64,000 nt of DNA from a virus (Duplodnaviria > Caudoviricetes), in IMG/VR virus record IMGVR_UViG_2744054895_000002, positions 14,096 to 78,095 of that record; one strand, given 5' to 3'. This document shows, in pieces, positions 39,078-48,931 of this stretch. A program made the position numbers and the translations under genes. Every line of letters starts with the position of its first letter. Positions within the stretch are counted from its first letter, which is position 1. Below the pieces are notes generated by a model, which made no database searches, had not been told where the DNA came from, and saw nothing but the letters and a program-made list of their open reading frames with translations.

Positions 39078-39120
39078 CCGAGAAGGCGTGACGCCGAGCA
39101 ATCGGCGAGTCAGCAAGGGA

Positions 39121-39150
39121 GAAGGCCCCTGTCTCACGACGGGGGCCTTC
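39121..39150 (+). terminator. Hairpin terminator after lysis genes
   Basis: GAAGGCCCC...GGGGCCTTC inverted repeat. Confidence 0.65.
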
Positions 39151-39256
39151 GACCTCTTGGAAGCACTCACACTACCGGACCTCCAAGCGGTTGTGGATCT
39201 CCATCCCGCACTGGTTACTATCTATATGCAACGTTCCGCGATCTGGAGGCGATGGA

Positions 39257-39844
39257 GTGGCCGGGGATGACAGGCCCGAGGTGAGGAAGCCGTACCTGGT
39301 CGGTGGGGCTGAGTTTGCCGCGCTGTACGACGTGAAGCGGCTCCAGGTCAGCCAGTGGATCAGCCGGGATCACACGCTCGACTACCAGTACGCCAAGATC
39401 ATCAGTGGGTCGCCCTACTGGCTCCTTCGGTTCGCCACGCGGTTCGGGGAGACGACGCCGCGGCGTCGGGAGCTTAACGGAGCGGAACTCTCGCGAATCC
39501 AGCGGCAACAGTCCCCCGGGTACTGGGTCAGCGAGGTCGCCGACCTCCCCCCTCTGGTGGGGCAGGGGGAACTGGTGGCCCTCTTCCGGTTGTCATCCGG
39601 CGCACTCCTGCGGAAGGCGATCAAGACGGGCCGGTTCCGTCCCGCCGACTACACCCTGTCCGGGTCGCCGATCTGGCTCTTGGAGCCAGTGGTCGAAGAC
39701 GCGCCCGTGCTCCAGGCTGGGGCGCGCGGAGTGGAGTGGGCGATTGACGAGCGGGTCTTGGTCGCTCTGCGTGACGGTAGCTATGACGGACCCGGGTCCA
39801 GGATCGTGCCACGCGGTAAGGCGGCGCGCCAACCAATCGAGTAA
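39257..39844 (+). CDS. Tandem AlpA/excisionase-like HTH DNA-binding protein
   Basis: Two repeats: LVGGAEFAALY...SGSPYWLL and LVGQGELVALF...SGSPIWLL. Confidence 0.65.
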   Translation: MAGDDRPEVRKPYLVGGAEFAALYDVKRLQVSQWISRDHTLDYQYAKIISGSPYWLLRFATRFGETTPRRRELNGAELSRIQRQQSPGYWVSEVADLPPLVGQGELVALFRLSSGALLRKAIKTGRFRPADYTLSGSPIWLLEPVVEDAPVLQAGARGVEWAIDERVLVALRDGSYDGPGSRIVPRGKAARQPIE

Positions 39845-39868
39845 CCCCAGGTCAGCGGCGTCTTGGTC

Positions 39869-39901
39869 TTGATTCACTCCCTTAATGCATATAGAATAGA
39901 A
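39869..39901 (+). promoter_or_regulatory. Early promoter/operator box TGCATATAGAATAGAA (also 43798, 48823; variants 49418, 51940; inverted 39215-39230)
   Basis: TTGATT-17 bp-TAGAAT; the 16-mer recurs in intergenic regions. Confidence 0.75.
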
Positions 39902-40062
39902 GTGCACTCAAGGGGGTGCGCTTCTGTTTGGTTGAGGGGTGTTTATGCGGTGCTCCAGGGGTCCGTCGATGGGTGCTTGCTGGTGCTGTCGATCGACAAT
40001 TTCCCCGTCCAGAGATAGATTCCAACACTTCAAGGTGTTCGTCTTATCTCTGAGGGGGAGCC

Positions 40063-40407
40063 TTGCTGATCGAACAGCCGCCGTTGTTCGGCACCATCCA
40101 GCCCGTTCGCCACCCTGCCGACGTCGGCAACCTGACCATCCAGCAGCGGTTCGAGGCATTCCACGCGCTCAACCCTTGGGTCCTCAGGGCGCTGGCCCGG
40201 ATGACCGCCGACTGCGCGGCGAAGGGGTTCGGCCGCATCGGCATCGGGATGCTCTTCGAGCTCCTGCGCTACCAGTACGGCGCGGCGACCCGAGGCGACG
40301 AGTTCGCGCTGAACAACGACTACCGCTCCCGGTACGTCCGGCTCTTGTTGGCCGAACACCCGGAGTGGTCCCCGCTTTTCGAAGTCCGAGCCCTGCGCAC
40401 GGACTGA
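40063..40407 (+). CDS. Hypothetical phage protein
   Basis: FEAFHALNP...LNNDYRSRY conserved-looking pattern; GAGGGGGAG RBS. Confidence 0.65.
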   Translation: MLIEQPPLFGTIQPVRHPADVGNLTIQQRFEAFHALNPWVLRALARMTADCAAKGFGRIGIGMLFELLRYQYGAATRGDEFALNNDYRSRYVRLLLAEHPEWSPLFEVRALRTD

Positions 40408-40430
40408 CCACGACCTCTTGGAGCCAGATC

Positions 40431-41522
40431 GTGAACGCACCAGCGGGCGCCGCAAAGCCGCCCGTCATCAAGCTCAAGACCCGCAAGCCGACCGGCATCG
40501 TCCCGTGGCCCCTTCTCCTCATCGAGGGCGAGGAAGGTGCTGGCAAGACCTACTCGGCGGCCCAGTTCTCCAGCAGCGACCGCATCGGCCAGATGTACTG
40601 GATCGACCTCGACGAGGGTTCGGCCGACGAATACGCGGCCATCGAGGGTGCCAACTATCTGATCATCGAGCACGACGGAACCTACCGAGACATCCTCGAA
40701 CAGGTCGAAGCCGTGCACGCAGACGCGCGGCGCGCGGCGGCAGCCGGGGAACCGCCGGTCGTGCTGACCATCGACTCGGGGTCGGCCCTGTGGAGGATGC
40801 TCACCAACTGGACGTACGAGCGGGGCCGCAGGACGAGGAAGAACCGCGCGCTGCTCCATGAGGACCCGGACGCCGCCTACGACATCGGCCGGAACCTGTG
40901 GAACGACGCGCTGGAGCGGTGGAACAGGATCATCTACCTGCTGCGCACCCTGCCCGGCATTTCCATCGTCCTGGCCCGCGGTAAGCAGGTCAGCGCGACG
41001 GACGACAACGGCCAGCCGATCCAGAACAAGAGCGAGTGGAAGGTGGCGGCCCAGAAGGACCTGGGCTTCGACTCGACCTGCTGGGTGCGGATGAAGCGCA
41101 ACGATGACCCGCAGATCATCAAGGTCCGGTCGCTGCGGATGCGCGTGGAGCAGAAGAAGCCGCTGACGCTTCGGGACTTCAGCATCGAGGACCTGGTCTT
41201 CAACAAGCTCGGCTGCTCCGTCGACTCCCAGCCGCGCATTATGCCCGCGCTCTCCGGCGACCTGGTGCAGCCGTGGCTGACCCGCATCGCCGAGCTGAAG
41301 GACAAGGAAGCTCTCGGCGCGCTGTGGCGCTCCGTCCCGGACCCGGTCAACCGCCTCAGCCGGGAGGAGATCGCCACCGTCCGAGCCGCCGCCGAGCAGA
41401 GGGCGGCTGAACTGGACAACCCGCGCTCGGAGATGAGCGAGGGCCCACTGACCGACGCCGACAAGCTCCGCGCCGCCGCCAAGCGGAAGGCCGCCGAGCA
41501 GGACGCGGACGCCGAGCAGTGA
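40431..41522 (+). CDS. AAA-family ATPase (Sak4-like recombinase)
   Basis: Walker A GEEGAGKT, Walker B LTIDS; paired with exonuclease. Confidence 0.75.
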   Translation: MNAPAGAAKPPVIKLKTRKPTGIVPWPLLLIEGEEGAGKTYSAAQFSSSDRIGQMYWIDLDEGSADEYAAIEGANYLIIEHDGTYRDILEQVEAVHADARRAAAAGEPPVVLTIDSGSALWRMLTNWTYERGRRTRKNRALLHEDPDAAYDIGRNLWNDALERWNRIIYLLRTLPGISIVLARGKQVSATDDNGQPIQNKSEWKVAAQKDLGFDSTCWVRMKRNDDPQIIKVRSLRMRVEQKKPLTLRDFSIEDLVFNKLGCSVDSQPRIMPALSGDLVQPWLTRIAELKDKEALGALWRSVPDPVNRLSREEIATVRAAAEQRAAELDNPRSEMSEGPLTDADKLRAAAKRKAAEQDADAEQ

Positions 41523-41553
41523 CCGTCCTGCACTCACCTCTTGGAGAACTCCC

Positions 41554-42684
41554 ATGTCCGTAGCCACCATCGTTGACGGTGTTGCACCCTCCATCTGGGA
41601 CGCCGCCCACGACGTCGACGCCCGGCGCCCCCGCTCCCTACAGACTCAGCTCGGGGCATCCGACACCGTGTGCGGCCGACGCGCCGCCTACATCCTGCAT
41701 GGCGTCACCCCGACCGATCACGCTGACAAGCGCGCCGCGATCCTCGGCACGTTCATCCACTACGGCCTGCTGGAGTCGGCGCGCACGGAGTACAGATGGC
41801 TGGTTGAGCGCAGCGTTCAGGACGACCTGATCCGGGGCCACGTCGATGTCGTCCAGCTCGACGCGGCGACGGCCGCGCGCCTGCCTGCCCGGCACAGACC
41901 GGCGATACCCGCCGATGTGCTCACCGTGGAGGACGTCAAGACAAAGTCCACGTACATGTGGGACCGCGTCCTGCGCTACGGCGCCACGGCCGCCGAGTTG
42001 CGACAGGTGCACCTCTACGCGGGCGCGCTGTACGAGGAGGGGTTCGAGGACATACCCGGCCAGCGATATTTATCCCGCCTGGGGTCACTGGATATCGGCC
42101 GTATCCGCTTCCGTTTCATCAACCGCGACAGCGGCGCGGAGCACATCCAGGAGATCGACTTCGACCCCCAGCGGGCTGCCGAGGCCCGGTGGTGGGTGGA
42201 GCGTGTGCGCGAGACCAGCGACCCCGAAGAGATGCCGCGTGACTTCAACGGGCCGGGTCTGGACACCATCTGTGACTACTGCCCATTCCGTTCCCTGTGC
42301 TGGCCCGGGACAGCTCCGGGCGCACCGGAGCAGACGGCCCTCATTCACAACGACGCCGACCGAGAGCAGGCGCTCATCGACTACGTGAAGGGACACGAAC
42401 TCGCCAGCGAGGGCGACCGGATCAAGAAGTTCGCACGGAAGAAGCTGGACCAGTCCCCGGCCGGAGTCTACGGGCCCAACAGGCTGTCCTGGCGTGGTGG
42501 GAACGATGAGGAGAAGGACGACGTGGAGGCCATGGTCGACCTTCACGAGATGGCTGGCATCCCAGTGCCGATGAAGCCGGACACCGATCGCATGGTCAAG
42601 AACCTCAAGGCGGCTGGGCTGGCTGTCCCGCGGCGGAAGACCGGCAAGAAGACGGCTCTCGTCATCAACGTCGGCCCGGCCTGA
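41554..42684 (+). CDS. PD-(D/E)XK RecB/Cas4-like exonuclease
   Basis: CGR, GTFIH, GHVD, DVKT, QVHLY, CDYCPF..LC. Confidence 0.8.
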   Translation: MSVATIVDGVAPSIWDAAHDVDARRPRSLQTQLGASDTVCGRRAAYILHGVTPTDHADKRAAILGTFIHYGLLESARTEYRWLVERSVQDDLIRGHVDVVQLDAATAARLPARHRPAIPADVLTVEDVKTKSTYMWDRVLRYGATAAELRQVHLYAGALYEEGFEDIPGQRYLSRLGSLDIGRIRFRFINRDSGAEHIQEIDFDPQRAAEARWWVERVRETSDPEEMPRDFNGPGLDTICDYCPFRSLCWPGTAPGAPEQTALIHNDADREQALIDYVKGHELASEGDRIKKFARKKLDQSPAGVYGPNRLSWRGGNDEEKDDVEAMVDLHEMAGIPVPMKPDTDRMVKNLKAAGLAVPRRKTGKKTALVINVGPA

Positions 42685-42771
42685 CCCGGGTCCCATCACC
42701 TCTCGCCCCGCCCGTCAACGACGGGCGGGGCGTCCCGCCTGCCCCCACGCCCGTACCGCCCAAGGGGAACC

Positions 42772-43752
42772 GTGTCCATCCAACTGATGATCGCTGCGGC
42801 GTACTTGCCACCTGATGTGCTCAGCCAGAGCCAGAAACTCGCCCTCATGAAGATTGCGGACAGCGCCGACGATGAAACACGCCTCGCTCGGCCTGGTCTC
42901 ACTCGCCTTGCCGCCTGGGTCGGCGTGACCGACAAACGCGCCATCACCGTCGTCACGGAGCTGATAGCCAAGGGGCTCGTCGAACGTGTCGAGACCGGCA
43001 AGGCGGGCCGCGCTGCGGTCTACCGGGTCTTCCCGCTCGGCGTACCGCCCACGCCGACCACACCGGAACTCAAGGCGGCTGCGGAGGCCCGTAAGGCCGC
43101 CCCCAGGAACCCCCGCAAGGCCCGTTCCGGTGTGGTGCGTTCGGCTCCGGCCAAGCCCGCCATGACGTATCAGGACGTCGAAGCCCGTGAGGCTGAGCGG
43201 CAGCAGGAGGCTGGAAAGGCGCAGGCAGAGGCAGGGTTCCAGGCGGGGAACCCAGAGGAAGAGGCAGGGTTCCACGGGGGGAACCCGGAGGCGTCAGATG
43301 GCCGGGTTCCACCTGTGGAACCCGATGAGTTTCACGGGGGGAACCCACTGGGTTCCAGTGGTGAAACCCCTTCCTTTCCTGGTTCTTCCTCTGTTCTTCC
43401 TTTCCCCCCTACCCCCACGGCTGACGCCGTAGGGGAGCCTGCGCCCGCTCCGGCAGACGCCCTGACGCCGGACCGCGAGGCGCCGCAGAAGGGCTGCGCG
43501 AGGCACCGTGGGCGCCCCGCCGCATCCTGTCGTGGATGCGGCACCAACCCGCGTGCAGGACGCGAGAGAGAGCGGGAGGGAGCCAAGGCGGCGGAGCACC
43601 AGGCGCACGGGCGCTTCTGGGATGAGTGGCACGAGGATGCGGCCAGCCGCCGCCAACGGGTCGAGGAACACCGGGAGTCTGTGGATGCCGCCCGCAGAGC
43701 TGCGCGCGAGGCGGTGCGTGAGTCCAAGGCTCGCAGACAGCAAAAAACTTAG
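42772..43752 (+). CDS. Replication initiator (winged-HTH) protein
   Basis: QKLALMKIADSADD...PGLTRLA...LIAKGLV; internal iterons; C-terminal CARH...CRGC. Confidence 0.7.
   Translation: MSIQLMIAAAYLPPDVLSQSQKLALMKIADSADDETRLARPGLTRLAAWVGVTDKRAITVVTELIAKGLVERVETGKAGRAAVYRVFPLGVPPTPTTPELKAAAEARKAAPRNPRKARSGVVRSAPAKPAMTYQDVEAREAERQQEAGKAQAEAGFQAGNPEEEAGFHGGNPEASDGRVPPVEPDEFHGGNPLGSSGETPSFPGSSSVLPFPPTPTADAVGEPAPAPADALTPDREAPQKGCARHRGRPAASCRGCGTNPRAGREREREGAKAAEHQAHGRFWDEWHEDAASRRQRVEEHRESVDAARRAAREAVRESKARRQQKT
43234..43369. repeat. Five 20-bp palindromic iterons (GGGTTCCA-N5-GGAACCC), probable origin
   Basis: Copies at 43234, 43267, 43304, 43327, 43350, followed by a pyrimidine tract. Confidence 0.75.
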
Positions 43753-43856
43753 GCTTCCGAATGAATATTTCGCCAGGAATCTGGACACCCTTAGATTTGC
43801 ATATAGAATAGAACCAGAAAGAGGGGGAAAGGCTCCCTCGTAACCGGAAGGACGAC

Positions 43857-44285
43857 ATGAGCTACCTGCCCACCCTTCGCCGCGAGCACAAGGGCGCGAT
43901 CGTGCTTGACGGCAGCGCCGCCGCGCACGAGCAGATCCGTACCCTCGCCGACCTCTACCGTGAAGACCCCGAGGGTATCGGCGACATGCTCATCCAGATC
44001 GCCGACCTCGGAGGTCAGGTCGAGTGTGAGCGCGCCCTCGACGGCCTCGGCCACGCCGAGCACGTGCGTGACGAGATCGTCGGCGAGCTCCTCGGCGAGC
44101 TCGGCGGCGCGGAGATCCACCTCGACCCCCGCGACAATCACCATGCCCTCATGCAGGTGCGCAGCCTCGCCCACCAGGCGCGGCACATCGCCGACGCGGC
44201 TCAGCGTCGCGTCGACGAGCTGGTGGTCCTGACCGCCGTCGCCCGAGGGGTGCGAGAGGGGTGTCGGAGGCCCCCTGTCGGCTAG
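43857..44285 (+). CDS. Hypothetical protein
   Basis: First ORF after promoter box; GGAAGGA RBS. Confidence 0.6.
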   Translation: MSYLPTLRREHKGAIVLDGSAAAHEQIRTLADLYREDPEGIGDMLIQIADLGGQVECERALDGLGHAEHVRDEIVGELLGELGGAEIHLDPRDNHHALMQVRSLAHQARHIADAAQRRVDELVVLTAVARGVREGCRRPPVG

Positions 44286-44365
44286 TCGCAGCTGCTTCAA
44301 CCCGTTCCAAAGTAGATCCCAACTCTGTACTGTTCGACGGCATAAGACCTCTTGGAGAGAAGACC

Positions 44366-45019
44366 GTGAGCAACGACCTCGCGCAGATGGCCCCGATGCC
44401 CGTGCACGGCAACACCGATGACCCGCTGTGGCGCAAGCTGTGGAACGCCTACGAGCCGATCATCACCGCGCTGCGTCGCATCCCGCTCGTCACGGACGTC
44501 GAGATCTCCGGTGGCATGTTCGGCATCACCGCACAACTCACCGACGGTTCGCATCTGTGGATCTCGTCGGTCGGGGAACTGCCCATCGACCCCGATGACC
44601 CGGAGGGTTTCCACGTCCGGCGCGCACACGAGGACAACCCGACCATCGACGAGATGGTCTACGACTCCACCGAGGACGGCGAACACTCCCAGCACGGAAA
44701 CAACCTCGTTTCCCTCATCCAGGCCATCACCGCCTTCGTCACCGAACGGCGCCTGGCCCCTCGGCTCATCGATCTGGTCGCCGTACAGGTCCAGGGTGTC
44801 TCGGCGAAGCACCAGCCGCTGTCCCAGCTGATCCAGGGCCCGTTCGACGATCGCCACGCGGCCGTCAAAGAGTACGGCTACGCCACCCGCGACCTGATGC
44901 AGCGCGGCTGGCGGTGCATCCACGAACAGGGCGGAACCGAATGGCCGCTCACCGTCTGGGAGCGGAACGGCGAGGTCGCCACCGTCTACCTCGCCCACGT
45001 CGGCCAGATCACTGCCTGA
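44366..45019 (+). CDS. Hypothetical protein
   Basis: GTG after GACCTCTTGGAG; high GC3. Confidence 0.6.
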   Translation: MSNDLAQMAPMPVHGNTDDPLWRKLWNAYEPIITALRRIPLVTDVEISGGMFGITAQLTDGSHLWISSVGELPIDPDDPEGFHVRRAHEDNPTIDEMVYDSTEDGEHSQHGNNLVSLIQAITAFVTERRLAPRLIDLVAVQVQGVSAKHQPLSQLIQGPFDDRHAAVKEYGYATRDLMQRGWRCIHEQGGTEWPLTVWERNGEVATVYLAHVGQITA

Positions 45020-45174
45020 TGACCGTCATCCACGCGCTGCTCGTGCTCGCCATCGGCGCCTCCGTCGGCCTCGCCGCGCTCGTCGTGGGCGAACTCCGCT
45101 GGGAAGCCCGCAACCGGATTCCGCGGTGCACCACCTGCGGCAAACAGCACCGCCGCCACGCCGCCCACCGCTGA
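45019..45174 (+). CDS. Small membrane protein with CxxC
   Basis: TGATG coupling; one TM plus CTTC. Confidence 0.5.
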   Translation: MTVIHALLVLAIGASVGLAALVVGELRWEARNRIPRCTTCGKQHRRHAAHR

Positions 45175-45234
45175 ACACTGCCCGGCCCGGCTTGATGCCG
45201 GGCCGGGCAGTCGAAGACCTCTTGGAGAAACCCC

Positions 45235-45717
45235 GTGGGATACGACATCTACATCCTGACCCCTGATGGCAAGCGCGCCGAAGGGGACGAGAACCACTTC
45301 CGCTTCGCGTGGACCGCGATGCCACGCACCCTCGACGCGATGAACAACTTCGGGATGCTTGTCGAGCTACCCGTTCCCTCCTACCCGGCCCTGTCCGCCT
45401 ACGGGCTGACGCGTGAGGACTTTCAGCCGGGCACCCAGCCCGACCAGGCCACGGCGAACCGCATCGCCGAGTATCGAGCCGCATACCTGGCCGTCAAGGA
45501 CGCCTCCGAGTCCACGCCTCGGGGCATCCCCGCCTACAAGCTCAGGTACAACGACGGCTTCCTGGTCACCGTCGCCGAGATCACAGCCGCCCTGTCCACT
45601 TACGAGGCCCATCCGCACGTGGACATCGCCGAGATGCCCGTCGGCGACCCCACCTGGCGGCAGTGGATGACCTTCCTGCGCCGGGCCAAAGAGCACGGCG
45701 GCCTCCGCACTCACTGA
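45235..45717 (+). CDS. Hypothetical protein
   Basis: GTG after GACCTCTTGGAG; MGYDIY...GGLRTH. Confidence 0.6.
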   Translation: MGYDIYILTPDGKRAEGDENHFRFAWTAMPRTLDAMNNFGMLVELPVPSYPALSAYGLTREDFQPGTQPDQATANRIAEYRAAYLAVKDASESTPRGIPAYKLRYNDGFLVTVAEITAALSTYEAHPHVDIAEMPVGDPTWRQWMTFLRRAKEHGGLRTH

Positions 45718-45786
45718 TCCCGGCCATCGCCCGGCCCCGCAGACGCGGGGCCGGGCTCGCAGACCTCTTGGGAAACGACCACCACC

Positions 45787-47283
45787 ATGGCCACAGTCAT
45801 CGACCTGCTGTGTGGTGCAGGCGGCAGCAGCACCGGGCTCGTCGAAGCCGGGTACGAACTGATCCTCGGCATCAACCACTGGAAACTCGCCATCGAGACG
45901 CACGCCGCCAACCACCGCAACGCCGACCATGCCTGCATCGACATCTCCGGCTTCCCGATGCGCTACCTGCCCAACGCCGATGTCCTGTGGGCATCGGTCA
46001 TCTGCACCGAGATCAGCCCCGCGGGCGGGCGGCGGCGCGAGACCAATCAGATGGACCTGCTCGGCCTGATCGACGAGGGCGAGGACTGGGAGGCCCTGAC
46101 CAAGGACGCCTTCGAACGAACCCGGGTCACCGGCTGGTGCGTCGTACGGGCAGCCGAGGCCAAACGGTTCAAAGCCATCGTCGTCGAGAACGTTGTCGAA
46201 TTCGGCCTCGACTGGATCTTGTTCCCGAAATGGCTCGAAGCCATGGAACTACTCGGCTACCAGTACCAAATCGTGTGCGTCAGCAGCGCCCACATCGGTG
46301 ACGACGTCAACCTGCGCGCCCCGCAGTGGCGCGACCGGATGTACATCGTCTTCACGCTCAAGACCATGCGGAAGCCCGACCTGGAGCCCAGGCCGCTCGC
46401 GCCGTGCGTGGACTGTGGCGAGGACGTGCACGCCGTCCAGTCCTGGAACGTCGAAGGAATGCGGATCGGGAAATACCGGCGGGACTACATCTATCGCTGT
46501 CCCAACGCCCGCTGCCGCCACGCCATGGTCGAGCCGTACGTCCGCCCGGCCAGCGACATCATCAACTGGGACGACCTCGGGACCCGGATCGGTGACCGCA
46601 AGAAGCCACTCGCTGACACGACCATGGACCGTATTCGTGCGGGCCTCATCAAGTTTCCCTACCGTCCCAGCTCGATCACGCTCACCCACGGCAAGGACGG
46701 CGGAGACAGGGCGTACGCCGTCGAAGACCGGCCGCTGCCCACGCGCACGGCCAAGCAGGGCGACGCGCTCCTGGTGCCGACTGGCGGCTCGTGGAACACC
46801 GAAGCCGTCCCCGTCGACGTACCGCTGCGCACGCGCACCACTCGGGAAAGCGAAGCCCTGCTGACGGTGGACCCCTTCATCGTCGAGTTCCGCAATCACG
46901 CCACGGCCAGCCCCGCCAGCAACCCGCTCGCCGGGATCACAGCGAAGGGCAACCATCACGGCCTGGTCACCCATGCCGGCCGAGTGCCCGAGCAAGCCAG
47001 AAACACCCTCGTCGTGCCGTACCGCAAGGCTGCGGTGAAGACGGCCGCCGAACCCGTCCACACCCTCTCCACCCGCGACTCGGCCGCCCTGGTGCGCAGT
47101 GCCCCGGACATCAACGACTGCTATTTCCGGATGCTCAAGCCCCGCGAACAGCTCGAAGGGCAGCGGTTCCCCGCAAAGTACGTCGTCTACGGCAACCAGG
47201 CCGAGCAGACCATGCAGGCAGGCAACGCGGTCTCGGTGAACGTCGCCAGGTGGATAGGCAAGCGATTGGAGCCCATCCTGTGA
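45787..47283 (+). CDS. DNA cytosine-5 methyltransferase
   Basis: Motifs DLLCGAGG, WASVIC, ENV, QWRDR, RMLKPRE, QAGNAV. Confidence 0.88.
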   Translation: MATVIDLLCGAGGSSTGLVEAGYELILGINHWKLAIETHAANHRNADHACIDISGFPMRYLPNADVLWASVICTEISPAGGRRRETNQMDLLGLIDEGEDWEALTKDAFERTRVTGWCVVRAAEAKRFKAIVVENVVEFGLDWILFPKWLEAMELLGYQYQIVCVSSAHIGDDVNLRAPQWRDRMYIVFTLKTMRKPDLEPRPLAPCVDCGEDVHAVQSWNVEGMRIGKYRRDYIYRCPNARCRHAMVEPYVRPASDIINWDDLGTRIGDRKKPLADTTMDRIRAGLIKFPYRPSSITLTHGKDGGDRAYAVEDRPLPTRTAKQGDALLVPTGGSWNTEAVPVDVPLRTRTTRESEALLTVDPFIVEFRNHATASPASNPLAGITAKGNHHGLVTHAGRVPEQARNTLVVPYRKAAVKTAAEPVHTLSTRDSAALVRSAPDINDCYFRMLKPREQLEGQRFPAKYVVYGNQAEQTMQAGNAVSVNVARWIGKRLEPIL

Positions 47284-47732
47284 CCGGATCACGCCGTGCC
47301 CTGCCCGGCACCCACGTCACCGACCACGCCCCGTGCTGGGGCGATCCGGACTTCGCCGTAGCCGACAGCCGGTGGAAGACCGGCAAGGACCTGGTCGCCA
47401 TCTGCGAACCCGTCCTGTACGTCTGCGGCGGCTGCCCCTTCCGGGCAGAGTGCATCCGGCAGGTCGGCCCTGCCAAGAACGAGTTCGACGGCGTGTGCGG
47501 CGGCCGGATCTGGCTCAACGGCGTGATCGTCCACGCCCTGCCGGACGCCGACCCCTCCGAGCTCCCACCGCCGGTCATCCGCAAGTCCTGCGGCACCGCC
47601 GCCGGGTCTCGGGCTCACCGGCGTGCCGTCGAGCAGCAGTGCCCCCAATGCGAGCCCTTCTACCAGCCCGGCCCCAACCCCCTGGACGCCGAGGACGGCG
47701 CGCAGCAACTCGAACTCCCCAACATCGCCTGA
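47280..47732 (+). CDS. WhiB-like Fe-S transcription factor with extra C-terminal Cys motif
   Basis: C...CGGCPFRAEC...GVCGG; CGT...H...CPQC. Confidence 0.6.
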   Translation: MTGSRRALPGTHVTDHAPCWGDPDFAVADSRWKTGKDLVAICEPVLYVCGGCPFRAECIRQVGPAKNEFDGVCGGRIWLNGVIVHALPDADPSELPPPVIRKSCGTAAGSRAHRRAVEQQCPQCEPFYQPGPNPLDAEDGAQQLELPNIA

Positions 47733-47864
47733 ACCATCGAAGGAGAAACACTCCGTGCTTGAAGACCGATCGATGCGCGAACTCCTCGGCCCAGTCGCGG
47801 CCGCGGCGCTCATCGCTCAGCTCAACCCCGATCTGCCCGCCCAGCCGGATCAGGACGGCAGAGC

Positions 47865-48089
47865 GTGACCGGCCTGCTCGCCGTACTCATCCTCCTCGGC
47901 TGGCTCGCCGGAATCATCTTCCTGGCCGGTGTCTTCTCCTCACTGCTCGCCAACGAACCGTTGCTGGGCCTCGTCGCCCGACTGTGGCCCGTTGCGCTCG
48001 CCCTGTACCTCGCTGTCGTCGCCGTCTTCTGGCCCGCGGTTGTTGTCGCCAAGGTCGTCGATGCGCTGGTGAATCGGGAACGCCCATGA
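47865..48089 (+). CDS. Small membrane protein
   Basis: Two hydrophobic helices; ATGA coupling to next gene. Confidence 0.55.
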   Translation: MTGLLAVLILLGWLAGIIFLAGVFSSLLANEPLLGLVARLWPVALALYLAVVAVFWPAVVVAKVVDALVNRERP

Positions 48090-48772
48090 ACCACATACGG
48101 ACGGGCCGCATCTTCGCGGCCTGCCATCCGCAGGACACCGCTCGCATTCGCATCGTGCGTTACAAGGAAGGGGACGTGCGCGCCCTGGTCGCCGATGCTG
48201 CGACTGGCGCACGTCAACGCCTCATCCTCGCCTCCAGCCTGCACGCCGAGCCCTTCACTGCGTCGGGCAGCAAGCGCAGGAGCGGATATGCGCCTGAGGA
48301 CACACCAGCGAACGACGCGTCGGCGGCAGCCGTGCAGCTGGCACAGCCCGCTGCCGAGACGACGGATTGGTTCGAGGGGATGCCAGGGCGCCGGTTCCGC
48401 GTGGCCATGCCCTCGCGCCTGCTGCTCTTGAACTCCAACCAGCGCCTTCACCACCATCGGCGGGCCGACATCACGAGAGTCCCACGGCGTGCGGCGTGGG
48501 CTGCTTCGAGGGGTGTTCCGCATCTGGAGCGCGTCCACATCATCGGCGTGCTGCACCCCGAGGATCAGCAGCGCAGAGACCCCGCCAACTGGTACCCGAG
48601 CTTCAAAGCGTGCGTCGACGGGCTCGTGGACCAGGGCGTTCTGGACGACGACGACCACACGAGGGTGCTAGGGCCGGACATGAGGCTCGGGCACATGGTC
48701 AGCGGTTCACGCCTCGTACTCCACATCCGGGAACTCGCAGACGCCGAAGCCGCCCCTGAGCTGCGGAAATAG
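48086..48772 (+). CDS. RusA-like Holliday junction resolvase
   Basis: RRDPANW...KACVDGLVD.GVL.DDD. Confidence 0.7.
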   Translation: MNHIRTGRIFAACHPQDTARIRIVRYKEGDVRALVADAATGARQRLILASSLHAEPFTASGSKRRSGYAPEDTPANDASAAAVQLAQPAAETTDWFEGMPGRRFRVAMPSRLLLLNSNQRLHHHRRADITRVPRRAAWAASRGVPHLERVHIIGVLHPEDQQRRDPANWYPSFKACVDGLVDQGVLDDDDHTRVLGPDMRLGHMVSGSRLVLHIRELADAEAAPELRK

Positions 48773-48931
48773 CTCCTCTTTCGATCAAGAATATCCGCCC
48801 GAAATCTTGCAAACCCTCCTAGTGCATATAGAATAGAACCTACAAAGAGGGAAACCCCCTCCGTAACTCCGCCCGGCGGCCGGCACAGAGTGACCCGGCC
48901 GCCGGGCGGACCTACGCCAAGGAGTCCAAAC

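Noticed and set aside
39939-40430. N-terminal extension of the 527-aa ORF
   Set aside because: Overlaps the better ORF 40063-40407; the likely start is GTG 40431 with RBS
41554-43369. Cas4-like gene plus nearby palindromic repeats as a CRISPR locus
   Set aside because: Spacers are only 3-17 bp and irregular, the repeats lie inside a CDS, and no cas1/cas2 or effector genes are present. A phage exonuclease plus iterons fits better.
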